This document shows, piece by piece, positions 52,701 through 64,000 of a DNA stretch of 64,000 bases. The DNA is from Camelus dromedarius (lineage: Eukaryota). The position numbers and the translations under genes are program-made. Location: assembly GCF_036321535.1 (NCBI RefSeq), contig NC_087437.1:90398001-90462000 (forward strand), read 5' to 3'. The notes beneath the pieces were generated by a model. It was not told the origin of the DNA, searched no databases, and saw only the letters and a program-made list of their open reading frames with translations. Position 1 is the first letter of the stretch. Every line of letters begins with the position of its first letter.

Positions 52701-55700
52701 TGATCAGATTCTGCTTTGCTCTTCTGCACTTGTCCTTGATATTTGTGAAACAGAAACTGAGATGAATTTTCAAACTATCAGAGGAAGTTAGGTTAAATTA
52801 TGGAGGCGTCTTTTAACAAAGTACAAAGAAAAGACTGCAAACTATACCAGACCTTCGGATTTTCACTTCGCCCATTTTCAGAAGCTTTCTTCTGTCCTTA
52901 CTTTGACCTCTAAGAACTCAACAGCTTTTTTCTTTTTCTATGTTTTAGTTTTCAGGCTACTAGAGAGGCTAACCTTAGCCCCAGTAATTATCTTTGTTAT
53001 TAAAAAATTGGATGAAATGGAAGAAGAAAAAAGTGAAAGTGAGAAAGCGAGATTGAAAAGAAAGATTAAAGGAAGGAACGGAGAAGGAAAAAAAAAAGGT
53101 GCAGTGAACCAGGCCACTTCTAGATAGGAGGAAGACACTTTTCTCATAAGCAGTCTCTGCTTATAAGAAAGGTGTCTTGTGTTTTAAGTTAAGTAGCAAC
53201 ATTCCTAGGCAAGGCTCTGTCCCAAGGCATATATAAAGTAATAGATAAAGGAAACAGACACAAAGAAAAGGTCTTCTTGGTAAGGGAGAAGAGTCTGCCA
53301 CACAGTCAGGCTAAGTGATATGCTTTTAGAGAGACAGGGATGGAGACTCCCACCCTCCCGGCCACTATAGAGGTAGAAGGCATTTTCAGAGATCATTTGA
53401 AAGGGGTAACAAAAGATCGGTGTACCTCCTGCAGTACCTGAATAGGAATAAAAGAAGTTTTCTGTACAAAGCAACCATGAACAGAAATAGAAAAGGCAAG
53501 AGTGACATACTGTTGGTGATCTCTAATCTAGGCCTAGAGCTGATACTTTCAAGAATCAACTTTGGGCAACTCCACATAGAAATAGTGAGTGTCCGTGCAG
53601 ATTTAACACATTGTTATTCATCTGGCTAATTTGCATGTCCACTGTGCAAAGTGGAAAATGTGGGTCAAAGAAATAGGAGCAGGGCGATACAAGAATATAT
53701 CTAACAGAGACCATTCATACTTATCACCCTAACTAATTCACACTTACTACTCTAACCAATCTTGGCTTCAGCTAACACCTCAATGATAGCAATACACATC
53801 CCCATGTTAATACAAGTCCCACATTGTGGTTTTACCAGAGAGATACCTGAACTAGGTGAGAAGATCAAATGGACTTTTAATACTTCATCTCCCAATTCCA
53901 TAGACAAGTTAATTATAACCATTATAATTGTCAGTAGTCCAGAATCCTTGGTTAATTTCTTTCCTCCTTACCCCTGAATCAATTGTTTATAATTATTTAA
54001 AATTTATCCTTTTTATTTTGAAACATCCTTATTATCTGAAGATATGTTTATCTTTTTGCATAATTTGTGAACCAGGAATAGTGATATCTAGCCCTTATTG
54101 TCAATGGAGTAGGTAATATGTATCAGGAAGAATGATTAGCACTGTGCCTTGTATGTAGTAGGAAGACAAAAATGGTCATTATCAGTAATCATTCTATAAC
54201 TTCAGATTGATTAAAACAATGAACACATGTTTTCCTGAAAGACATCTTAAAGGAAAAACATTGGAAGGCTATGGGAGAGTTACTATTAGAAAAATGGAAT
54301 ACCTAAGTATAATGACTAGAACCATCAGGGAACCAATATTAGCATAGCATAAATGCACACATACAAAGAAAGATATGGAAATATCCAATAATGCTTTCTA
54401 GTTAGACAATAAAAGAAAATCCAAAATAGGTTTCATAAATCGCCTTGTGGCATTCTGGATGTGGTGAATCTACAGGTCCTTTTGATTGCTAACCACTTAA
54501 GCCATTTCTCCTTTTGATACAGATATATTGAATTTACCTTTCCCCTTTGTCCACAAACAAGCCAACATATTCATTAATGTTTAATTGGTCTCCAAGCTTC
54601 CATAAAATCTCAAACTGTCATTCTTTCCCCTGCTTTTATGTCTCACTCCTTTCTTCATTACAAAACTTCCCTTTTTAGACAATTTATTCCTTATCATTTT
54701 ATTTGTGACAGTAATTCTTTTGCCCAGCATCATAAACCCATCATGAAATAAAGGAAATATGATCAGAATACAAGAAACAATAGAGAGACTCTGTGTTAAC
54801 ATTTTCGAGGAGTAGAGAAAGGGGATAATGCTTGTCTTGGATATGTTTCAGCAAACCTATAACAACTTTATTTAGTGTTGAAAATTCTCTACGTTGCCAT
54901 TTAGTTACACTTGTTGCCAAGAGTTTGAAAGTAAACAGTATAAATACAAAGGAGCTACCTAAAAATAAACTTTAAATTCCCATTCAGTGAGCACCTTGGG
55001 AGAAAAATTCAATCAGGAAAGTGTGAAATGTAATGTGTGTTTAGGGAATAAAACTGCCTTTTAATTACTGTTGACAGCTAGAGAATATAGTCCCCACAAC
55101 TAGTTAATTTCACTTTTTTTTGTGTGAAAACAACATGAATTTTTCACCCCAGAAAGCATAAATGATAGCGCATAGGCATAGAGACTTATCCTTCAATTTG
55201 ACTTAAATAAAAACAAAAGCAAAACATCAGCTACATTTCTTTATCTGCAAATTTAAATACAGAAAGTATTTTTTTTTCTTATCCTTTCCAAATACAAAAC
55301 ACTGATAGCTATGAAAGAGAGAGATAGCGGGAGAGAGAGAGAACATATACTGAAAATATCTCAGCATTAGAGAATAAGCTGAGACAGGTTTTATTAAGAA
55401 AAAGAAATGTTCTTTTCTCACAGATGCCGTGACAAGGTTAATGTGCAATCTTTCCTTAACTGGGCAGCAAAGAAGGGCACTGAAGTCACAGCACACATAT
55501 TTAATCTATTTCTCTCTCTCTGTCAAGGTAAGTCATGCAGGAATGCCTGCATAGCATGTGAACAATGAAACCATGTGAGAGAAATATTCCTAAAAGTCAA
55601 AGCATGATATTCCACACGATCAATTTGGCGGAAGCTACCCAAGCACAAGTTTCAATACAAGAATTCAGACTTCTTCTTGGGGGATTAGGAGGGGGAGCTA

Positions 55701-56189
55701 AATATTTCACTGTAATGCATACATGATTGATAGATAACATTAAAGAGAAAAATGCACCATAGACTAAATTTATATATTTTAATTCAAAACAATTATACTG
55801 AGTTAGATCATTTCCTTCACATTTCTCTGTAAAAATAACACCACAATTTTAGTAAATCGTGCATGTGTCTCTAGGGGTAAATTTGTCTCTTTTAATTCTG
55901 AGTGTCCCTACATAACTTCCCCTGTCTCTGTGCTTTTGCAACAGCACTGCAAAAAAAAAAAGAAAAAAAAAAAAAGAAAAAAGAAAGGCTGCTTTTCCAA
56001 AAATGTAACATGGTCCTCTGCCCACAGATTCCCTTGAATTGTCTTTGATGCCAATGTTATCTCTGTGACCTTGTTTCCAGGTCATCCTTTCCAAAGTATG
56101 TAACTCAAGATAACATATAGTTAACTGGGGACTATTGAACCTTCTAGAAAGTGATTTCCATTTCAAATATAGCCATTTTTTCATTTACT

Positions 56190-58100
56190 TCTCAAGCAGA
56201 TTACCCACAACAAACTGTATTCGGCATATAGATGACACTAGTGTAGCAGTAGGGAACTCAGGACTGGTAGAAAGACAAATGACATGCAGATTAATAAGAT
56301 ACATAATTATTGACTATCTAACATTAACCAAGCAATAAGTAAGTACAGAACATACAAAGACAAATGAGATGGAGACTTTGCTGTAAAGATACTTGCAGGA
56401 TCATAAAATGGAAAAATTCCTATTTTGGAGAAATATAAAGATTTAATGGAAAATAGGATGGGGTGATTAATTACCTGGCAACAATTAAATATATTCAAAA
56501 ATAAACATTTGAATTGGCTAATGAAGATGAATTTCAGGAGCTTGAAAAGAAAAGGAAAATCAATCTGGGCTGGAGGAACATGTGCAACTACCCAGACAGT
56601 CCCCCGAAAGAGTACACTATGTTCTGGGATCAGCAAGTGGTTCAGAAGGGCTGAGAAGGAAAACCAATTAAGATATGGTGACTGTCTTTCACGTCCCCCT
56701 TTAGACTCATCTTCGATTCTTCTTTAACATGTTCTATGCTCTGCAAGGTTGATATACTAATTCAATTGTCTCCCTTGTCCTCTTACTGAATGTTGAGTTA
56801 AATCAACACAAAGCATTGGTGGGCGACCAAAGAAAGGAGAGGGATTAGAGTTCTGAGTTCTGAGTATTTATTGCCCTGGCTCCATATCTGTGAATGGGGC
56901 ACTTGCTGCATCTATCAACCAAAGGCCCTAGCTGCTGTCAGGAAGCCCTGTCTCTGTATCTTAGCTCAGGATCCACATTCTCCCCTCACATTTTCAGTCT
57001 CTGAATAGTAAAGTACCCCACTGTCACTAGTCCCTGGTACTTTACTACCCATTATGTTTTCCCTACATCCTACCTACCCCTCTGTAAAAAGTCCCTTTAT
57101 GAAGCTCTACTCAAATTAAACTAATTTTAGTATACTATCTGTTTTCTGCTGCAACCCAGATTGATAAGCAAACTGAAAAGAATTTATAGATTGTTAAGGA
57201 GGAAGTGAGACAGAAAGTTTCAGAGTAGAAATTAACCAAAAACCAACATCATGGAGGAGGCAGATGATCCAGGACAGAAGATCTGGCTGGGAAAGAAATG
57301 TGTGTGTTGTAAATAGTGTTCTCTTACTCTGAGACAGGAAGGAAGAATATTATAGAGCGATATGAATAAAATGGAAGGTCACAGGAAGTTAAAGAAGATC
57401 ATGTTTGAAAGGTTTGACTTACTCTGTTAAGTAGATGGCATGGTAATTTCTTACATTTTTAGGAAGTAAAAGATGGTCTCAAAAATTAAGGATAAAGAGA
57501 ATGATTTTGATTAGTTGTGGGAAAAGGAGCCAAATATTGACAACCATAAAGATTACTAATCAGCTGAGTTTGGACAATATTCATGCATAAATGTGCTCAT
57601 CTGCAAAGCCTGGCCATTTTCTTTAGTAGCGTCTTACAACTAATGATACATCTGTTGGGCAGATAAGGGATGAGAAGAACAGAGCAAAGAGATGCAAAGC
57701 CCTGGTGAGAAGCTGGATTGTTTCACTGTGTGATTCTGGTTAAATAAAAAAGGAATTAAACTGGCATGACTAGGATAGGAGGGAGTAGTTAATGGTTTAC
57801 GTGTTTTAAAAAGTGAAACAAAGGGAGCAGTGTTATTAGAATAGAGAGAGGTAGTCAGAGAGTGAATCCTGGAGTCTGAAAGAGTAAAGTAAAGTAGTTC
57901 TGGGAATGATAACGTCCTGGGATCAGAAGTGTGGGTTGCTGAAGTGGACTGGAGCAGAGGAAGTGAGAACAAAACAAATCCGTTAAAGTTAATAATGTGA
58001 CATCTGCAGATAATGGAAATACTTTAGCATGGGGTCCAGATTTAAAGTTAGAAGGATGAGAGTAAGAGGATGAACAAGTGCTGGTGGAATGTCAGCCCTG
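56190..58100 (-). mobile_element. Long degraded L2 split by an LTR33-like element
   Basis: Purine-rich antisense L2-like sequence on both sides of 56674-57167. Outer boundaries approximate. Confidence 0.5.
56674..57167 (+). mobile_element. LTR33-like ERVL solo LTR
   Basis: ctcccttgtcctct, gagtatttattgccctggctcc, aaggccctagctgctgtcagg, ccactgtcactagtccctgg, ctgtaaaaagtccctttatgaagctct and atctgttttctgctg..gattgata are colinear with the recalled LTR33 consensus. Confidence 0.75.
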
Positions 58101-59389
58101 CCACTCGTGTAAAATGCTAAGTGAAAGCATACAGGCAATGTTCTGTAGAAAGTCTGGGATGAGAGCTAGTCTCGCTAGTCAAATTCAAGGTAAGGATTCA
58201 GTTTAACTGTTATAGAAGGTTTTCAGAGAACACAGTACCAAGAGTTTGAAGGGAGATAAACAGGTGGAGAATGGATGTAAAGAGTGAGGTCTGAAATGAA
58301 TAAAAATGACAATCCTGAAGATACAAGCCCACTAAACTTTAGCACTGAATGAATATTTCACTTTATCATGAAAGTGAGGAATCCACTACCCACTGGTATT
58401 AACAGAATCCATACATGAGTGGCTGTGGCCACCACTGATATCTATTCTTTTCAAGATCCCTACAGCTCAAGATACACCTTTTCTTGCCTTGTGAAATTTA
58501 GCAAAGTAAGTCAACTGAAAGAAAACAATTAGCATCTATTTTTATGGACATCATTTAAGAGAAAGAGCCTCACCAAAGAGACCTTCATCCCATCTTAAGA
58601 AATAACTTCTACCATCTCATAGGAAACTCATTGTTTCAGTTGCACTAAAAATTTTATTTGGATTGACAAAATGCCAAGCATGATGAATAATTCAGTCAAT
58701 AAGTAGCCAAAATACCTAAATAAATTCTGTTTAATTCGCTACTATATGCACAGAACACCAGTCAAATGGCAAACCTTTAATACCAAATTGAATTAGAGTG
58801 AAAAAAGCAAAAGCACATTTCATTCCTCCATATATTAAAAAAACACTTCTAAAATAGTTTCTGTTCTTCAAACAGAAATAGATACGAGAGTATAATTCTA
58901 CTTAATAACTAGCTGATAAGTAGCCAAGTTTTGGTCTAAAATCTATAAGCGAAGAAGAAAATAAATGCTATAAAAAGTATTGAAACACATTTAAATTACT
59001 ATATTTAAGTAAAACTCTAACAGAATAAATTTGAATATCCAATTAATAAACTACACATATTCTAGGGATGTGGATAACAATTTTGAAATGTTTTTAAAGG
59101 GTTGAGATGACAAATTTATGACACTCCTGGTGTGGAAATTGGTGACAGGAGGATCATTTTTACCTTGTTTCCTGATTTCATGAGTTTTCACTCTGATGTT
59201 AGAAAACTTCAGACTTGTCCTTGGAGATGGAACTCTTAATTCTTACATGGGTGAGTATTCCAGTCTTGTGTACCCTGACACCAAATAGCACAAGATTTCT
59301 GTTCTCCTCCTTGAATATGCTGAAATAAATTGCCTTTCTCTGCATTAAAGTAGAGGCCCCAAATCAAGGCTTTCAGAGATTTTGATATT

Positions 59390-59560
59390 AGACACATCTA
59401 TGTACAAAGCTAATGACTGGTACTATTATGCTTTGGATAAATCATATATATTTTCTGATTCTCAGTGTTCTTAGGGGTAAAATGAAAATAATGATGCCTA
59501 CATCACATGTATTTGTGGAAATTAAATAAGAAAAACTAATGACACTATCTTCTACAAGCC
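59390..59560 (+). mobile_element. MIR fragment
   Basis: ctttggataaatca, ctcagtgttctt and gtaaaatgaaaataatgatgcctacatcaca..ttgtggaaattaaataaga. Confidence 0.65.
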
Positions 59561-59639
59561 TGATAGCTGTTATATATTTATTAGACATTATTGATTCTCT
59601 CCTCATCTTGAGAATAGTGGTTGAGGGAAAAAGTCACAG

Positions 59640-59880
59640 TCACAGGTGGTTTGGTTCCATGTAAAGGACGACGCTACAGGTGTTCTGAACGGAGTTTAAA
59701 TCTGGCCTCTATCATGTGTTATGTGTCTCACTTTGATATGTTTAAACTCTCTGAGGATAAGTTTCCGTATTTGTACAGTGGGAACAACAATATTCAGCTC
59801 AGATTATGCTACAGAGGAGTAAGTGGGAAATCTATGTAAATAATTAACATAGTGCCTGTCATACACTAGCAACTCAAGGA
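59640..59880 (+). mobile_element. MIR
   Basis: gagtttaaatctggcctctatca, tttaaactctctgag..gtttccgtatttgtacagtggga and aacatagtgcctgtcatac. Confidence 0.7.
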
Positions 59881-60069
59881 GTATGTTTTTTCCATCAGTC
59901 TCCTTTAAAAATATGTATGATTTTTAGAGCACAATAGCAACATGATTTGAAAGAGAAGAAAAGAGCATTCTATATGTTTATATACAAATAGGATTTTTAG
60001 TGAAACTATAGGGAACTAATTTTATGATAGAGATTTACATTAAAGTTAAGACTGGTTTGGGCAGATATG

Positions 60070-60245
60070 TCAGCGGACCTGGATTCAAAACCTCTTTGCC
60101 ACCGACACACTGTGATGAGCAATATCACTAACATGACTGTTCTAATGCCAACAATATAACTACCTCAAAAGTTTGATTAGAGTACTGAATAAAATATTTT
60201 ATGCAAAGCTCTTAACACAGTGCCTGGCCTAAGGTAAGTAATCTG
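60070..60245 (+). mobile_element. MIR fragment
   Basis: gacctggattcaaaacctctttgccac, ctacctca and atgcaaagctcttaacacagtgcctggc..gtaagt. Confidence 0.7.
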
Positions 60246-61564
60246 AAAACCTTAGACTTCATTATTCTGGCAACATTTCCACTTCCAAATCAAAATAAAT
60301 GCCATTGTAAAGAATACATTTGCTCATTTTTAAACATAGAATTATTAAAACATATGATGAAATATAAAAGAACATAAATCAAGTATAAAGCATGATTATT
60401 AAGATAATTATATATTTATAGCATAATAAAAATTATTCCAATGAACTTTCTCAGTTATTCCACCTACTTACCTAAAAAGATTCTTTTAAAGGAGCTAAGA
60501 ATAGTGTCCTAAAAGCATCACATGAATAAATATCAAGAACACTAAAAAAAAAGATGTGCTAACAGAAAGAGAGCCTGCAAAAAGCAGATGCCTAAATTTG
60601 ATTAGTCTCTTATTGCCATAAGTTGGTTAAAAGCAGTATATAAAATAGTTGCTTACAAGAAATTTATTACAGGATGTCCACACTAGTATCTTTAAGATAA
60701 AACCAAGTATCTCCATTTTCAACAAAGCAGATTGATGTAGAACATGTACTTATATCCCTACCACAATTTCAACCCAATATAAAAAATAATGCTTTCTAAA
60801 AAGTGTTGCCAGCCCTAACAATAAGTCACTTGTTGCTCAGTTCCTCCAGGCAACTTCTCTATTCAATTAAGAATGTTTTCAAGAACTGTTGGAATTTTTG
60901 GTACATTGCCTTTTGGGGTACACATAGAAGATATGCTTCACTGATGCATTTTGTTTTCAGTTTCTCTTAAAATTTAGTTTAATGTAATAAATCATGAGGA
61001 TCAGTAGTACATACATAAAGGAAAATTATCATAATTTGATGAAAATATAAAACTATGAGGAGGATTAATCTCATATTCCATTAACTATCAAGTTAAATAA
61101 CAAATAAAATAATTGAAAACTATTTGTCTTTATTGGAAATATTTTAAATCAGATTGAAAACTATGCAATTATTTTCACACAAATATATTTGCAAAATATT
61201 TTAATTTTTTAAATGAACAATCATTCTGTATTTCATTTAGCAACTGGCTTACAATTAAATATTGAGTAAGTAATCAATTTGTCCATATAAGTAAAACAAC
61301 ATGTGATTTTCACTTCATACAATGAATATTTAGTACAAGATAATAGACAATACTTTTGGAAATCAAAAAAAATTTACAAAGAAATCTTAAACTATTGTGA
61401 AAACTTACTCTTAAAAATAATGCAAATTCTTCTGAAAGAAAATATTTACTCTTAACTTACGATTTTACAAGTCTGAGACTGACATAAAATGAGTTAGATC
61501 TGCCATTTATATAGTGTTCTATTGTTCACTGGCTTGACCATAAAGTCCTTGAGCACTGCCTTTG

Positions 61565-61730
61565 AATAATGTGTTGGCAAGGTGAGAAGAAGGTAAACGA
61601 GGTTGGGAGCCAGAAAGCCTTTATATCTTTGAACAAGTCACTACACTTTTATGGACCTAATTTTTCTAACCCATTAAAGAAGAGTTTAGATCAATGATCC
61701 AGAAGCTCTCTGCCATCTTTGGAATTCCAG
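61565..61730 (+). mobile_element. MIR3-like fragment
   Basis: ctttgaacaagtcactacacttttatggacctaatttt and gagtttagatcaatgatc. Confidence 0.55.
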
Positions 61731-62806
61731 AAGTAATGTGTTTTATGAAACGTGGTATAGTGAAAACATTAAAAACGAGTAACTTGTTTACTACTAATTC
61801 CATCTCTTACTATTTGAACAAATTTAGGAGAAATACTCTACAATACTTATTCCGCAGGGATGTTTTGAGAGCCAGGGGAACTAATATGTGAAACAATGCA
61901 CTACATGAGCTTAGATATTATTAACTCCATTGTTCAATGTTTGTGACTTTTCACTGGCAAACAGGAGAGGACATACATGAGGACAATGACTAGGGCAAAA
62001 GCTAACAAGCCCAATTTGTCAGGTTAGAGTAATGTATCTTACTAAGTGAGCTATCTTTTGTTTAATAGGGGCAGTATTTTCTAACATTTCCCCATGGAAA
62101 AAAGAACAAATGACCCTAGTGAGTAAAGAATATGATTTCTCTGAACTTAAACTAAACCATGCTTAAATAAAGTATGTCTCCAAACTTTCCATGATTTTGA
62201 CATTTGAATCAGTAAGTTTCTTGACTGTAACTACTTCTACATGGCCTCGGTTAACCTGCTAAGAACCTCAAGAACACAGTCAAAAGTTATATTCCAATTA
62301 ACATAAACCAAAAATAATTTAACTGACTCAACTGAAACATGAAAGAAGCTTGTTTCACTTGGATAAAAATTACCTCATGGTTTTACAGATCACTGAATTT
62401 CTGTACTTTGAAAAGATGAACTGAATAAGGAATGTTAAGTAGTGTAATTATTTTTTTCAGTCTCAATTGACAAAGACCAAGTTAGTTTTAATTAGCTATA
62501 GAAATACCTGGCTTAAATACTGTTTTTTTCAACTCTGAATGACATTCGTCTAGATTTATATTTAATGAAACAAGTAAGAAAAAGAAAACTTCAACTAAAA
62601 CATATTCATACCTTACCCACTTACTGGATTTCATGTTTCCATGAATATTCACATGATTTTCAATAAACCTATTGTATGTTACATATTAACCAAATTTTCC
62701 TTCTGAATCAAATAAATATACATGTACACTCAAACGCAGAAATTACTTCCTTTACTTAGTTGTTTCAGTTTTTAGTGTTTTGGGTCTTTTTTAAATAATG
62801 GTTTAG

Positions 62807-62907
62807 GGGGAAGATAATAGCTCAGTGGTAGTGAATGCTTAGCATGCACAAGGTCCTAGGTTCAATTCTCAGTACCTCCATTAAAAATAATAAATACAAA
62901 ATAAAAA
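62807..62907 (+). mobile_element. tRNA-derived SINE, camelid Vic-1-like, short form
   Basis: GGGGAAGATAATAGCTCAGTGGTAG...ATGCTTAGCATGCACAAGGTCCTAGGTTCAATTCTCAGTACCTCC plus A-rich tail. Perfect 14-bp TSD aaataatggtttag at 62793-62806 and 62908-62921. Confidence 0.92.
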
Positions 62908-63204
62908 AAATAATGGTTTAGTTAGTTAAAGTTTTTCCATTAGTAACTCTAAATATTAGTAAACAGTTAAAAAGAAAAACACTATAATACTGTATAATAG
63001 CATCCCTTATTTAACCAACTACAAATCTATATTAATATCTCATAATTGGCTTTATAATTTGGCTTATATAACTTGTTATGTAGATAAGGATATAACATCA
63101 ATTTATTTTGATCACACAGTGAAGTGGAATAGTTACATATAAGCTGAGATCACCCTATGCATAATCAGAAGTTTTAATAATTTACTAATGGTCATTACAT
63201 AGGA

Positions 63205-63455
63205 AATAGAGGATTATGATTAAGTGCACAGTCTTGGGAATCAGACAGACCTGGATTTTGAATCCTAACTTCCACATTAAAAAGTTACCTCACCCTGAGC
63301 AACTGGCTTAAATTCTCCATGATTCCCTTTCCTGTCTGCAAATCGGAAAAGGAATATGAGCCACTTCAAAGAATCTACCTGAAGATGAAATGAGAGGAAG
63401 CACAGGACAGTGCTGGACTCCTAGGGTTCACCATTAAGTGACAGTTATTGTTATT
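63205..63455 (+). mobile_element. Near full-length MIR
   Basis: gattaagtgcacagtcttgggaatcagacagacctggattttgaatccta, ccctgagcaactggcttaaattctc, tttcctgtctgcaaa and tgaagatgaaatgaga. Confidence 0.8.
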
Positions 63456-64000
63456 TGTATTTTTCCTTTGATGACATATAATTTGTGAGATATTTGTGCT
63501 TCTCATATCTTTAGACAAAAAAAGGATTTACTCATGTGTCACTAGAGCACTCCCGTTCTGTATTTTTGAATCACTTAAGTTTAAAAGTGTCACAGCTGTG
63601 AAAATGAATATGTATTTGGTACCTTCATATTTAAGCCACACAAAATATGAGAAAGACAAATTAATGTACTTCTTATTTGGAAGTGATACAAAAAACTTCT
63701 AGAACTATTAACTACCTGTGTATTATATGACTAGAGGAGCAAATCCCAAATTCTTGGTAATATGAATAAAAAATGATTTGTTCTGGATAGTGAAGATACT
63801 CTTAAGCTCATAGAAAATAGGTATAATGGTATAATGAAACAAAGAGACCACAGCTATTTCAAGCATCTCATTTTAAAACACAGAGCACTAAATTAAGAAC
63901 AAAGGCAATGATAAAAATAGGTAACTAAATGGCACAGAATATTCATATGTGTACTTTATTTAGGAGAGATTGTCACTTATTCTATGCTAAAACATTAAGT

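Noticed and set aside
52903..53147. K/E-rich and F/S-rich ORFs on opposite strands
   Set aside because: Produced by a low-complexity purine-rich tract; no splice context or recognisable domain.
53358..53380. CTCF-like GGCCACTATAGAGGTAG
   Set aside because: Needs an indel and a mismatch to fit the CTCF core; too weak to call.

Overview
AT-rich, CpG-depleted mammalian genomic DNA that reads as intronic or intergenic. Three copies of a tRNA-derived SINE matching my recollection of the camelid Vic-1 family, and no Alu, BovA/BovB, CHR, PRE-1 or Can-SINE seen, point to a camelid (alpaca/vicuna/llama/camel). I recognise no protein-coding exon, RNA gene or CRISPR array. The supplied ORFs look like chance frames, microsatellite read-through or decayed transposon sequence. 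Most of the explainable structure is interspersed repeats: L1, L2, CR1/L3, MIR, MaLR/ERVL LTRs and hAT/Tigger MITEs, several with readable target-site duplications (TSDs) or nested inside L2. The most distinctive element is an intact, CpG-rich 325-bp solo LTR (35901-36225) with a perfect 5-bp TSD, TATA box, poly(A) signal, a DR1 nuclear-receptor site and a 39-bp tandem repeat of NRF1-like motifs. Other items worth checking are a two-part L1 insertion inside one 16-bp TSD (possible 3' transduction), a fold-back at an L1 3' junction, several candidate enhancers or conserved non-coding elements, and a few unverified splice-site-flanked exon candidates. Repeat family names are from recalled consensus sequences, not a database search. 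I found no convincing evidence of a novel multi-gene system.
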